From Eledone cirrhosa (Eukaryota): a DNA stretch of 64,000 bases. Of this stretch, positions 25,526-39,033 are shown one piece after another. Made by a program: the position numbers and the translations under genes. Within the stretch, counting starts at the first letter, position 1. Each line of letters opens with the position of its first letter. Where the stretch lies: positions 23,932,001 to 23,996,000 of the forward strand of contig OZ024755.1 in NCBI GenBank assembly GCA_964016885.1, written 5' to 3'. The notes below the pieces were generated by a model that was given only the letters and a program-made list of their open reading frames with translations, searched no databases and was not told the origin of the DNA.

Positions 25526-25888
25526 ATATATATATATATATAATTAATATCGAGTAAGTCGTTTTCAAATACAAAAACAGATAAAGGTAGGTGAAGAAGT
25601 TATAACAACTCAAAAATATGAGATTTATTACAATAAACTATACATAAGGCTTCATACAATTTTTTTTTTAAAAGCATGAATTCCTTAATAATCAAGTTTA
25701 TGTATACACATAGAGCAAAAATTACATTGAAAATAAGACCAAAGTATATTGTCAATAAGGTATATGAAACATGTTAATTAAAATATGACATAATTAGCTG
25801 TATTTGGTCTTATTTTTAATGTATATATAATCATATATATATATATACACCCATGCTAGCGTGGAAGATAGACGTTAAACGATGATGA

Positions 25889-25921
<33 letters not shown>

Positions 25922-25926
<5 letters not shown>

Positions 25927-26085
25927 GTGGTTACACAACAGTTAGTTCACCATACCGAGAACAATTGTTTCAACAATTGTTCTCGGTATGGTGAACTAAT
26001 TGTTGTGTAACCACTTCTACCTAACTCGTCCCATGGACTGAGTGCTCTACCACTACGGATATTACCTTCCAGTGTTCTACCACTA
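25922..26085 (+). mobile_element. Hairpin-plus-tail mini-element in (TA)n
   Basis: About 47-bp near-perfect arms spanning 25922-26019, tail AACTCGTCCCATGGACTGAGTGCT, TA runs on both sides. A relative lies at 36810-36960. Confidence 0.75.
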
Positions 26086-26120
26086 TATATATATATATAT
26101 ATATATATAGAGTGGAATAT

Positions 26121-26298
26121 ATATGGAAAATTCGGGATCCCAATAGCTGAGCTATTGCTGTTTCAATAGCTAGATCTGAACAGGTTTTGAACTCAGCCAT
26201 CGATGTCCTGAATGTTTCATATTACTCACTGTAATACTCCAAGTACCGAGTACTCTGGTGAGTAATGGTCTAACTGCTTTTTACTGCATCCATTCTAA
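26121..26298 (+). mobile_element. Old diverged copy of the 1107 family
   Basis: Degenerate arms (GCTGAGCT..CTCAGC) and tail AAGTACCGAGTACTCTGGTG..ATGGTC. Confidence 0.6.
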
Positions 26299-27001
26299 TA
26301 TATATATATAATATACATATATATATGTATATATATATATATAGAGAGAGAGATAGACTTGTATGTATGTGTATTCAGTATATGTATAAACCAGAGTACA
26401 TATAGTTATGTGAATGTAACATAACACATGCAGAGAGAGAGAGAAAGAGAGAGAAGAAATATTATTAGAGAGAATTAAACAATTAAAACGAAAAGCAAGA
26501 ACATATGTTAAAATGTTTCCATTATGAATAGGAAATAGGTTTAGAAAGAAGAACTGTTAGAAGGAAACCGTCCATCTTGTTATCAGTTACAGGTATGTGT
26601 AGTTAATAGAGACACTTGCAGATATACATCTTCTAGAAGAGCAATGTATGTAGATCTTTAGCTGAGGTATTTTTTCTACAAATGCTGCACTGCTATGTTA
26701 CATCTCTAGTTAATACATTTATCAATAAAAAAAAAACATTTTTACAATTAATTAAAGTAAAACACAATGTAAGAAAGTCAATGTGATGAATAGATGACTA
26801 AGCTATTTTACTAATGATTTAGATATTTAGATATCCACATTCTCTTGATAATAGCTTCATTCATCAAGATGAAAATAAGTAACATAACCATCTGGCATTG
26901 AACATTACATACAAACTTACTTTATTAAAATTTACTGGTAGCAATCCCAAAATATGAAATGGACTATGGTACTGTAAAATATACTTTATACGATACTTTA
27001 A

Positions 27002-27219
27002 CTCCTTAGCATTTAAACTGACCACATCCGGCCAGAATTCTTTCACCTCTTTCTGTTCAAACCGTCCATTTTAAAAGTTTCCAATTTAAATTATAATCTT
27101 CCCACACAATTTTATATAATCATTTTACATGAAGTTATTATCAATTAATTATCAAAATTCTTTGTTAATTAATTAATTAAAAAAGAGTGTATTTCATTAG
27201 AAATGTGGTCATGAAAGGG
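27002..27219. mobile_element. piggyBac-type MITE
   Basis: TTAA on both sides; left end shared with the 42483 family, right end AAAGGG. Confidence 0.7.
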
Positions 27220-27876
27220 TTAAATGAAAATATTGTTTATTGGTTTCTGATTTAGGCACAAGGCCAGCAATTTTTGGGGAGGGAAAAGTTGATTAAAATC
27301 AACCCCAATGCTTGACTGGTTATTTTATTATATCGACCCCATAAGGATGAAAGGCAAAGCTAACCTCGGTGGGATTTGAAATCAGAATGTAAAGTGATGT
27401 AACGAATTGAGAGATCACAGTTCTTATATTAACAGGTATGTGGTTAGAATGTCTAGGGAAAAAAATCAGTGAACAGATTTTATGGGCAAAACCAACTGGC
27501 AGGAGACCCAGGGGTAGACCATCCATCAATGCCTGAGTATTGCGCACTCTAGGCTGGCCCTACAATGTGTACCCCCTTCTCCCAGCTTTGCATCCCCTCC
27601 TTTCAAATAAAATAATTTCAATTTACAGTTTCTTAAGCTGATGAAACTAGGTTTTAACACTTCTTACTACATTAAAAAATTAATAATCCTGCCTTTTCGC
27701 CATACAATCCACACACGCCCATGCAAAATCATGTGACGCTCGTTACCACTTTGAATGTTTCCACAATGCCGCTACAAGAAAAAGGTATTTAGCTATATAT
27801 TTATTGATTACAGGAAAGTATTAGATATTTGATTATACAAATTTGTATAAAACTGTGATTCTTTAAGATTCATAAA

Positions 27877-28064
27877 CCCTTTAGCATTTACATTATTCTA
27901 TATTTACTATTATATTTTCCCAGATATCGAATCTATAAGATTTTGATGTTATTTATTTTGAGAACAATACATTAATGTAGGTATGAACGACCAGATACGG
28001 CTGATTTGAACAGAAAGAGGTGAGAGAATTCTGGCCAGATATGGCTAGTTTAAATGCTAAAGAG
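27877..28064 (-). mobile_element. piggyBac-type MITE
   Basis: TIRs CCCTTTAGCATTTA / TAAATGCTAAAGAG-TTAA; reverse copy of 42483-42703 with an internal deletion. Confidence 0.75.
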
Positions 28065-28539
28065 TTAATGTACCTCTCTGAAGTCTGCAATCTAAGCAGA
28101 TGCCTAATAAGCCTTAATAGTAGCACCAGCCTTTGGTGGTATGTTGTGTAAGCAGGCCTTTTAAAGTTTTCAACCTCTATCCTACAAATCTCTATGAAAA
28201 GTAATAGCAGTGTGACATCTGCCTTTGATGGAAGCAGGTCAAATATGAATAGCTTTGAGAAGAAACTATAAAATTGTGAAAAATATAGGTTTTTGCTTGC
28301 CTGCAAGTACACATTAAAATAAACAGCTTGTAATTCAATATACTACAGATCAAAGCTAACCTCGGTGGGATTTGAAATCAGAATGTAAAGTGATGTAACT
28401 CTATACCACAAAGCATGGTATCCAAGGCTCTACTGATACTACCAATCCACTGACCTTTTGAAATGTATCAATCAAAAATGTATACACACTAAAACCTTTA
28501 AAAAATGCATTAAAATGAATTCTGTTTTATATACATTAT

Positions 28540-28911
28540 TTGGTGGATTGGCAGTATCGGTAGAGGGTCGGACACAATGCTTTCCAGCATAGTTAAGTCC
28601 CTTTACGATCTGAGTTCAAATCCCGCCGAGGTTGACTTTACCTTTCATCCTTACGAGGTCGATAAAATAAAGTACCAGTAATGCACTGGGTATTTGCTGG
28701 CCTTGTGCCTAAATTAGAAACAATTATTTGGTGGATTGGCAGTATCGGTAGAGCGTCAGACAACATGCTTTGCAGCATAGAGTTATGGCCCTTTATAATC
28801 CGAGTTCAAATCCCGCCGAGGTTTAACTTTGCCTTTCATCCTTATGGGGTCGATAAAACAAAGTGCCACTAATGTAATTGCTGGCCTTGTGCCAAAAGTA
28901 GAAACAATTAT
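28540..28911 (+). mobile_element. Two tandem SINE family A copies
   Basis: Units about 28540-28727 and 28729-28911, each preceded by ATTATTTGGTGG. Confidence 0.88.
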
Positions 28912-29514
28912 TTAAATTATGTAAACATTTTTGGGTATTTACATACAATTGAATTATATCTGTAGATCATTCTATTTTTGGGAACGTCTGTGCATTCTAA
29001 TAATTATTGCCTGTACAGGTAATCAAAGCTTATATACATTTTTTTTTGGGGGGGGGGGACACACCCTGTATATATGAGAGCTGCTTGATATTGAGATATT
29101 GATCTATTTAGATAGTTTTCTTGCAACAGTAATCAATTGTAGAGAATCAAAATTTACTATATGAACTGATCTGACATCTCTGTAGAAAAACAAACAGCCT
29201 TAAGCATGCTGTCAAATGTTTGATATTGTCTAATTGAGTAGGTGTTGTATTATAGAAGAGGTAACAGTTCTTGACAAATAATAAAATGTGAGATAGAAAC
29301 TTTTTAAAAAAATCTCCCAAAAACAAACAAAACAATAAAATAAAAAGCCCCCCCCCCCCTCCACAAAAATACTCAATCAATATACTTGATAACATTGATT
29401 TCTAATATTAATACAAAACCATAATTGGAGGAAAACAAAATGAATTAAATTGACCCCTGTAATAGATAAGTATTTATTGTTGTTACTGTTGCATGTGAAT
29501 CAGACAAAATCATA

Positions 29515-31948
29515 TATAATAATAATGAAATTATTGTGTACAGTGCTCAGGTGCACTACAACTCGTCAACGGTTCATGTATAGTACATAGAATAATATAC
29601 AAATGTCAGGGAAGTGAATAGTGTATGAGTCATGATATACATGTGTGCGTGTGTATGGAGGAGGAATATTAGGTGTAGTTGGCGAATCTCAGGAAGCATG
29701 GAGGTTTTAAAGGATACAGTGTTCCAGCAGCTAACAATTGATGTAGGTAGTTTGTTCCATGCTTTAGCATCTCTGAGCATGAAAAAATGTTTCCGAAAAT
29801 CATGGGAGCTGTGCTGTTTTCTGACTTTGTGGGCATGTCCACATGTGTTAGACACATGGAAATCAAAAGGGTACTCAGCGTTGTTGTTGGCAAGATGGTT
29901 AATCATTTTGTGGGTGTTTACCAAGTCAGTTCCCAGACGTCGGAGCTTCAATGTATCCATGCCCACGGAAGCAAGGCGTTCAGAGTATGGTAGATGCCTG
30001 ATGGAGGGTATTCGCTTAGTTGCACGTCCCTGAACAGTTTCTAGGAGGTCAGTGTTCTGAGCAAGATAGGGGTTCCAGAATGGTGATGCAAATTCTAGGT
30101 GTGGCCGCACCATAGCTATATACAGCTTTAAATAGATAGCTGGGGAGCGGCTGACAAAGGTCTTGTTGAGTGATGCTAAGACACCCTCGGCCCTCTTGAC
30201 AATTTTAGAGATGTGCATCGTCCAATGCAAATCGCTGCTGACAGTAATGCTCAGGTCACGTTTACAAGAAGACTTCTTGATATCAGTGTTGTGGAGGGAG
30301 TATGTGGATGCTGGGTTTTTACTCCCAAAATGCATGGTGGTACACTTGTCCACAACTAGCTTGAGTTGCTAGTCTGTGATCCATTATTGCATTGTGTCCA
30401 GGTCAGACTGCAGGCAACATCTATAGTGTTCAGGATCTGTCCTTTTTATCTCAAGGTACAGCTTGATGTCATCTGCATATTTCAGTACTGTGGCATTCTT
30501 TAAGTTGGCATCTATGTCATTAATATATGCCACAAACAAAAAGGGGCCAAGAACAGATCCCTGTGGTACACCAGATGACATCTCTTATGGTGAGGAATGC
30601 TGTCCTAGAACTGTGACTACCTCTCTTTGACTGAGTTAAAAAGATCATCCTTCACACCCATTGCAGAGAGTTTTGCCATAAGTCTTTTGTGTGGCACAAA
30701 ATTGAAAGATTTAGCAAAGTCAAGGTAAACAACATCCACCCATGAGCCGCCATCAGTGATCCGGGTGATGTCTTCAAGAAACTCGATAAGTTGATCATAG
30801 CAGCTGGAGTTAGGGACAAATCCAAATTGTGAGGGCCGGATAAGACTGTGAGAGTTCCAGAAGTTCCAAAGCGTTTCTCTAACACAGGATTCCATCAGTT
30901 TGGCAATGCAGCTAGTAAGACTGACTGGACGATAGTTCACATGTGATGTGCAGTCACCCTTTTTGAATAGAGGAATGACACTGACAGTTTTCCACTGTTC
31001 TGGAGTAGCACCGTTGTTCAGACAGAATTGGAAGAAGCATGATAGCTGGTACAGAAGGAAGTACCCACCATGTTTGAGAAGCAGGTATGTAACACCATCA
31101 AGACCAGGAGAGGCATGGTTGCATTTATTTTTAATGTGACGTTGCAGCATTGCAGGTGTAAATTCCATAGTTGTAATAGAATCCGATGTCAGAGATGGTA
31201 CACTCTGGTCTTCAATAGTGAAAATGCCTGAATAGCATTCAACAATGAGTTCTGCGCATTCCTTGGGGTCATCAGTAACCTGGCTTGGGTGGGGATTGCG
31301 AAGAGGACAAACTGGAGAGTGAGGCCTCTGCTTTGAGTGAACATACTTCCAGAACACCTTACTGTCAGGGCTGGTTGCTATGCGCTGCTCAAATTGAAGC
31401 ACTGCCTTTTTTGTCACCTGTTTGAGGTGGTTGGACGATCTATTTCGCCTCTTCCTATTAATGTCTGATTTGTGAAGTTTGTACTCACGTTCAGCATTGC
31501 GCCGTTCTTTTCTGGCAAGACGGACTGCTGCAGTCTCCCAAATTGCGCTTTTGGGATGTTTTTTCCGCTTACGTGGCACCGATGCCGCACATGCTGTCCA
31601 TATTGAGTTCAGGATGTTCTGAAGTACAGTGTTGACATCTCCAGAGTTGTAGAACTCAAGCCAGTTTGGACATTGCAACTCGGTGCAGTAACAGTTCCAG
31701 TCTGCTTTATTCCAGTCAAAGTGAGCAGTTTGGAGATGGTTGTGGTTTTTGCTACTGCCAATAAGGGATAGATTGGCAATGATCATAGGATGATCAGAGT
31801 CACCTAAAGGTTCCTCAGTAGTAACACTAATAACTGTTTCATGAGTAGTGGTGAAGAGTAGATCCAAAGTGTTGTCACCTCTTGTTGGGAAGATAACTAC
31901 TTGGGACCAGTTCGAGTGCAGCACTAGCTCAAGGAAGTCATTTGCACT
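29515..31948 (-). mobile_element. CR1/L2-group LINE, 5'-truncated, frameshifted ORF2 (endonuclease C-terminus plus RT)
   Basis: Motifs PTRGDNTLDLLF and LGDSDH (APE), [32 protein letters not shown] and VRPHLEFASPFWNP, split over ORFs 30617-31924, 30384-30581 and 29574-30353. It ends in a 3' stem-loop and (ATT)n tail. Confidence 0.93.
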
Positions 31949-32150
31949 TATATATATATATATGAAAAAAGGAAAAGAATGACCTCACTTGTAGTTGGTG
32001 TGTCATTCTTTTCCGTTTTTCAAATATACCTCAAATGTACCAAGGATTTCACACATTTTCCAAAATATATATACATTACATATATATATATATATAACAT
32101 TACGAAACGAAGAAGGCTGTGTGGTTACTGTAAACATACATATATATATT

Positions 32151-32190
<40 letters not shown>

Positions 32191-32244
32191 TATATATATG
32201 TATATGTATGTATATATACATATATATATTTGTATGTATATATA

Positions 32245-32279
<35 letters not shown>

Positions 32280-32788
32280 GATGTACAAAAATAAGAGTTT
32301 GAAAAAACATTGTAAGCCATGGAGAGAAGGAAAATCTGCCATTTTAGGATTAAGTTTTCATCTCAGAGGAAAGAAATCTTCCATCTGAAATGTTTTAGAT
32401 TCCTTTTCTCCTGAAGGTATAGATATTTATCCAGAAACTCATGGTTTTATTATGCAAATGTATATTTTATATAATTTGTTTTATATTTTATAAATTGTTG
32501 TGTGTGTGTGTGTGTTTGGATACAATTACTAATGAGTATGTGTGTATGTGAATGCATGCATGTATTTGTAAATGAGTGCTTGTATGTGTTTAGGTAAATA
32601 CCCTTTTACTGCTGCCAACTAAGTGATTGTGGCCAAGCTAGAACATTATTAACAGTCAATCAACAAGATACCAGACCTCATTCGCTTAATGAATAGGGTG
32701 GAGCTTGTCAAATCTGACCGAGGAAACAATGTTTCCATTGGTCTTTCCAATTACTAATACTATCTACCGGTCACAAATCAAGGCAGAA

Positions 32789-32907
32789 GGAGCAATGTGA
32801 AATAAAGTGTCTTGCTCAAGAACATAACAGATCGCCCGGTCCATGAATGGAACTCACAACCTCATGATTGCGAATCCAGTTCTCTAACCACTTAGCTACA
32901 CGCCATC
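32789..32907 (-). mobile_element. SINE family B 5' part
   Basis: tRNA head and CAAGACACTTTATTTCACATTGCTCC on the minus strand. Confidence 0.7.
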
Positions 32908-33464
32908 ATATTATTGCTATAATTTAAAAAAAAGCATCATATACGAGATTTGCATGTCATATTTGTGCAGGGTGGGGCTTGGCTGATTTTCCTGATATCA
33001 TTCCAACTTTAGAATGTATACTGCTCAAGCTAGTGGCTATGTGTTAATTAAATACTTTGATACCTTATATATGGAGTTGTTTTAAACTACTTATACTTAA
33101 TTTTTAAAAACTTTATAAATATTTTTTATTGTGGTGTTGTTATTAATTTTTTTTGTTGGCTTCTTACAATTTTATATTATTTAAAAAATACTTCATAACA
33201 TTTGTTTTTCTGCCAATGTTAATAATTCTTTGTGTATTTATGCATAAGATAATCTACCAGTTGTATTAACATTTCTGGTATTGCATCATTCTTATATTGA
33301 ATTGGCAATATATTCTTTATATAATACCTGATAATTTTCGACACATTCCCAGACATCCATATGGATCTGCACTGAAATGATGGTCTAGTCCTATTAAGCC
33401 ATAAAAATGGCCATGACCTAGACACTTTCAGAAAAAAACTTAATAACCACATTTAGAAAATTGA

Positions 33465-34440
33465 GACTAGCCTCAATTACTTAGATCTTCACACTCATAC
33501 ATACAAAACGTTCCATAAAAATAATGAACAACTAAGGTACACAAACATTCCTGCAACCCTTCTACAGTTTTTAAAACCCCCATTAAAAACATAAGACAAT
33601 CTCTAAACTTTCTTCTAATAAAGCCATCTTGAAGAGGGCAGCCCCCACTTATAACACCACTCTAGTCAACAGCAGTTTCCCCTCCACTCTTGCTCAATGT
33701 TATAACCAATATAGGCAAAATATTCTTAGCCATTATTGGTAAACACTTCCTCATAGGTCATAAGTATAGATCAAACTTTAACCAACATACAATGAAAATC
33801 AGTTATTCCTGGCCAAAAATATAAAAGCCCACCTCACCAACAAACCCATGAGTACTCATGCAATGGGATGCTCTTGCAGAAAGCCAGAATCATGGCCTCT
33901 GGACCAGCAGTGCAACACACCCATGGTGGTATATTAAGCTGAGGTAACCTCTATCCAACTAAATCAGCAACACAATGTCAGGATGTATGTGAATATGTCA
34001 GGTCACTTCAGAAACCACTTCTTAAACCACAAAATAATTTTGGGGGACCTGGATAAATGAACAGCCATGAAGCTGCCAAGTTGTGTCTGCTCCCAAAATG
34101 ATGCAAGTGCCGACTACTCCATTAAATGAAATATCCTGGGAAAATCAATTCCTTACTTAAACAGTAAGAAGGCATTACTCTTCACAATCCAGCCTGGAAA
34201 AATGCTATGGCACTTGAACTATCTATAGAGCTATGCAAAATATATATAATTCAAGTTGCAATGGAAAGTTATCAACAGGGCTAAGACCTACACTCCAAGT
34301 TATGTACAAAAGAAGCAATAAAAATCTTGTTCACCAATGAACTTCTTCTGAACAAAATATCTGAACTGGTCACAACGTTTAAACACAGAATCTACAAAGC
34401 CCACCTAATTTACAAACCTTCAGAAAAGAAGCTAAGTAAT
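33465..34440 (+). pseudogene. Decayed Penelope-like element ORF (RT thumb, linker and GIY-YIG endonuclease)
   Basis: Broken translations NVITNIGKIFLAIIGKHF..HKYRSNFNQHTMKISYS, CSCRKPESWPLDQQC..VVY.AEVT and LLNKISELVTTFKHR match characteristic PLE motifs. Confidence 0.8.
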
Positions 34441-34948
34441 AACTATCATGCACACACACATACATACAACAATACAATACCCTTCAACATCACAACATAT
34501 ACTAGCACATACTTGTGAAACCATACACAATGACATTGAAACACATACTTAAATACTTGCATCACATCAGAGAAAAAGAAACACCTCATAATAATCACAC
34601 TCATACAAAATGTCACTTGCATACAACTTTACAAAACATTAAATGAACGAACACAAAAGACAACATCAGCTAAAGCAACAAACACATAAGTAAATATAAT
34701 CTCAATCATAAATTAAAAAAACATCACATACTCACTAGTTAGCACAACAAAAACTACTCGGTATAGTCCATACATCTAAATGTACAGATATACCCACACT
34801 ACACACACCAATGCACTATAAACACACACATATACATATATAAATATATACACACACAAACATATATATATATATACACACATATAGACACACACACACA
34901 CACAAACATACATATATATACACACACATACACATATATATACACACC

Positions 34949-34988
<40 letters not shown>

Positions 34989-35239
34989 TATATTAACAAT
35001 GTTTCACAAAAGAATGAATACAGTAGCCAAATGAACAAAAGCCTCTATTTTTCTAGTTTCCATGGAATTACCAGGGAAACATCACATGAACAATGGAATT
35101 ACAGGTGAATATGAAGTGAGAAGACTTCCAATTTGAACAAACAATGAAGAGAGTTCATATGAAAAGAGACAAAAATATTGTACAACTGGGACAAGACAAG
35201 AGGCAGTGCAGTATAAGTTGTGCAAGTAAATAATCTTGG

Positions 35240-35731
35240 AGAGAAAAAATTAGGGACTTTCTTCCAAACGGACACAAGTATTATAGGTTCGCTCTCCGAC
35301 AGGTTTTAAGTTGTGCCCCTAGCAGTGGAGACTTCTGGTGTCCTTGGCCCTAGGGCTACTTCTCTACTTACCACCATAGGCACTGAGCTGGCCAGCTGCA
35401 GGTGTGAGCCCTGCGAGACGGAATGGCTCTTCCAGCGCGTCTCCCTTGCCGTCCTCCGGAGAAATACTTTTTCCATTCTGTCCACTGGGGCCATGGGGCG
35501 ACCAGCATATGGGACTCCATTTGCTCATAATAATTAAAGATGGGGAGGGCGAGAGAGATGGGAGGCGATGACAGTGGGAGTGTGGCTCTTCCGTGTTCAG
35601 ACCTGGTGTGCAGCATCAGTTGTCCATAGGGAGGTCGTGGTTTTTACTTAGCAAAGGTATTTAGAACCTTGTGTTTGCTATTAAATATCCTATAGTACTC
35701 TCCCATTTAAGTGCCGTTCATTCGTTGTACG

Positions 35732-35735
<4 letters not shown>
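35240..35735 (+). pseudogene. CRE-like non-LTR retrotransposon 3' end (restriction-like endonuclease C-terminus)
   Basis: VPLAVETSGVLGPRA..LTTIG..EPCETEWLFQRVSLAVLRRN; ends at a (TA)n run. Confidence 0.8.
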
Positions 35736-35790
<55 letters not shown>

Positions 35791-35837
35791 AAGTAAAAGC
35801 GAAGTAGTTTCAGATGTTCAAGTCCTTTAATAATAAT

Positions 35838-35911
35838 GCTGTGATATATATTTCAATGACGACACTGGCCACACTGTTCTGTGTGCGAGTGTCGTGACAT
35901 CATCAGACAGC
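35838..35911 (-). ncRNA. Type I hammerhead ribozyme with long stem II
   Basis: Minus strand reads GCTGT / CTGATGA / TGTC-ACGACACT-CG-CACAC-loop-GTGTG-GCC-AGTGTCGT-CATT / GAAA / TATATA-TC / ACAGC. Stem I is 5 bp, stem III is palindromic and the cleavage triplet is AUC; the base of stem II is imperfect. Confidence 0.65.
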
Positions 35912-36192
35912 TTGTTACATAATAAGGTTGTTTCCGAGGCAATCCAAATTGAATCGACATGGGAACGGATGAAGTTCGTGCTTTTGGGTTTTTCATCCGT
36001 TCCCTTGTGAGTACCAATTCACCCCCACCGGTCTGCGCAAGCGCATGTCCGAAGGAAGTTGACCATTAGCACCGCAGATTTCAACGAAATTCGCTGTCAG
36101 TGGCCCACCTATGCCTTCGATATTTACTCCGTCACTCCTATATGGAAAAAGTACGCTGAGTGCTTGAATTGAATTGCATCAATGTTTACCCT

Positions 36193-36232
<40 letters not shown>

Positions 36233-36285
36233 CAAAATGTTAACAAATGAAAAATATTCTCATAATCAAAATATATACTTCTTTA

Positions 36286-36337
36286 TTATACATATTTCAA
36301 AAGTACTATGGTGTTTAAGTACGTTTTCATCAGACAA
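36286..36337 (-). ncRNA. Hammerhead-like motif (relative of 5798-5851)
   Basis: CTGATGA-AAACGTACT-loop-AGTACTTTT-GAAA-TATGTA; stem I register uncertain. Confidence 0.45.
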
Positions 36338-36590
36338 AATATATGATTTGAGTGCTTCTAATCTATTGTAAAATTGTATTCATTGTGTAATCAATGAACC
36401 GCACTAATCTTTGGTTATATATATATATACTTATAATTTATATATATATATTAAAACTCCAGTTGATACTTTACCAAGAAAATCCCAAGGAAATCAAATC
36501 GTAGAGTGCTTTATACCCATTTACAAAAAAGTTGTTGGATTATATGATCAACCAACTTTTATAAATTGAATGATATATATATATATATAT

Positions 36591-36780
36591 AACAAAGAGG
36601 GTGTGGTAAGATACCAGGTGGACCATAACGCACCAGCGTACTCAGTACTTAGGGTACTAGAGTGGATAATATGAAAAGAGTCAGGACCCAACGGCTTAGC
36701 TCCAGTCGTTTCTGCAGCATTCGGATCCAGCTGTCGAAATGGCTGGAGCTCAGCCGTTGGGGTCCTGATTCTTTTCATAT
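36591..36780 (-). mobile_element. Copy of the 1107 family with both arms and tail
   Basis: Arms ATGAAAAGAGTCAGGACCCAACGGCT../..AGCCGTTGGGGTCCTGATTCTTTTCAT; tail homologous to 1224-1301. Confidence 0.75.
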
Positions 36781-36999
36781 ATACATATATATGAGAGAGA
36801 GAGAGAGAGAGTTAGTTACACAACAAATAAGCAAACCATACTTTAGAACGTGTTTCAGTCGAAGGGTTCTTCAACTTGTGTATAGTTATAGTGAAAACGG
36901 AAATACTTACTGAACACTCTACCAACTTTGGATATAACCTCCCAGATTTTTTACCACAATATATATATATGTATGTGTGTGCGTGAGAGGGTGTGCATT

Positions 37000-37420
37000 T
37001 ATATCATCGTCATCATCATCATCAACGTTTAACGTCCGTGTTCCATGCTTGCATGGGTTTGGACGGGGGTAGTCCCACTTGAGGCAAGAGTGATTGTCTT
37101 GCTCGCATAGGACTGTCTGGCAGGTTTTCTACAGTTGGATGCCCTTCCTAACACCAACCACGTTTACAGTGTGGGTCTGGGAGGTTTTTACCGTGTTGCC
37201 TACACAGCCACATTACAGCGTGGACTGTGTGTTTTTTTGTCGTGACACCTACACGATCTCATTTGTTTCGGCCTGGATGGCGCGGCACCAACATAACTTT
37301 ACATAGAACGGGGTGGTGTGGATGGGGTGGGGGTGGTGGGACGGGGTGTATTTTGTTAGAGATGCCTACTGGCTGGAGTAGGTTTTACTATATATTTAGG
37401 TAAGGCGGGTCTTCTCTGTA
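37000..37420 (-). mobile_element. RTE 3'UTR copy
   Basis: Reverse complement of about 24870-25273. Confidence 0.82.
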
Positions 37421-38147
37421 TATATATATATATCCACTTACACATACTCACATATATATATATGTTAATACACATCGTTTTCCATTTCTTTTTAACCCCA
37501 TTATCAGGCTAAAATTTCTTTAGTAAAAAAAATATGGCGAAAGCTATTTCTATTTCAAACTTCGCTCACTGTTTCAAAACAATATATACATACAATTTAT
37601 TTGGACTGATCCTTTTGACTGATATCTACAGATACTCTGAGAGCAAGCTAGTTTTTCAGATGAAATAAACTATATCAAATTTATATTGTTTGGCCAACCA
37701 CATTAATGACAGGAAAACTCCAGTGCAACAGTCTATTTGATAAGCCCAAATATTTTACTATGCTTTTCCATGGTATTGTGTACTTTCTATTAAGTTCATT
37801 AACACCAACAGACACAAATATATGATCATCTTTATATATATATATATATATGTGTGTGTATGTGTGTTTATATATACATAGATATAGGTTTATATATACA
37901 TATATATATGTTTATATATACATATATATATGTTTATATGTCTATGTGTGTGTGTTGAATAATATATATGTACATTTGCCAAGAAATTTGATTAATTCCA
38001 CAAGTCTATTTATATTTTAAACATAAACACTTGTATATTAAATGTATTAAATGTCTTAATTCTAATTTTACACTTAGGGTAAACATAATTCTTTCTCCCA
38101 TTTTCTTTCTCTCTCTCTCTTTATATATATATATATACATATATATA

Positions 38148-39033
38148 CAGGGTGTGGACTATATTTGTTTGCAATTTTCAACTGCTAATTTTATGCAATT
38201 TTTTTTTACTTCCGTTGTCACTCTTGTCTTCATAAAAATAGTGACTATATTTCCATTATTTATTTTCAGAATAATTGATTATGAATAATTTTGAACCTCC
38301 AAATTTGTGGAAGTAACACGGAGTTCTTCTTGGAATCCGTGCCGGGAGGACAAATAAGACCAGAAGATCAACTCCCAGAACAGGTGGCTCGTTGTCTCAT
38401 CCAAAGACGTACCTAGAGTCATGCAGACAAAGTTTCCAGCGACAACATTGGTCTTAGGTGTTGTCAGCAGTCAAGGTGACGTCATGCCACCTCACTTCTT
38501 CCCTGAGGGCCTCAAGCTGAACACCGATGGCTACATCCGCGTTCTGAGCGAGGTAGTAAAGCCCTGGATTGACCAGGTAGCTGCAGGTAGGCCATACGTG
38601 TGGCAGCAAGACTCAGTGTGCTGCCATACCAGCCAAAAGACCCTAGCCTGGCTGTCAGAGAACTTCATTGACCACACTTCACCTGACATCTGGCCTCCCA
38701 GCTCGCCTGACTGCAACCTCCTCGACTTCTTTGTGTGGGGCGCAGTGGAATGAGACACCAACAGATCTAGCTGCAATACGAAAGACGATCTGAAGGCCAG
38801 GGTCACAATTGCCTTTAGGGGCCTAAGTCGGGAGACAGTGATGAAGGCTTGTAGCCGGTTCCGAGGCCGCCGTGAGGCCGTCATCAAAGCCAATGACGAG
38901 TTTATCGAGTGAGATTGAAAGAACAAGTCATGAAGACAAACTGACCCAAGTTTGATAAATATATCTTAAAAAATAAAACTACTGTGTTATTTTTTCCTAG
39001 ACAGTAATCTTGCAAACAAATATCGTCCGCACC

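Noticed and set aside
29574-31924. Active LINE or host reverse transcriptase gene
   Set aside because: 5'-truncated within the endonuclease and split by frameshifts and stops.
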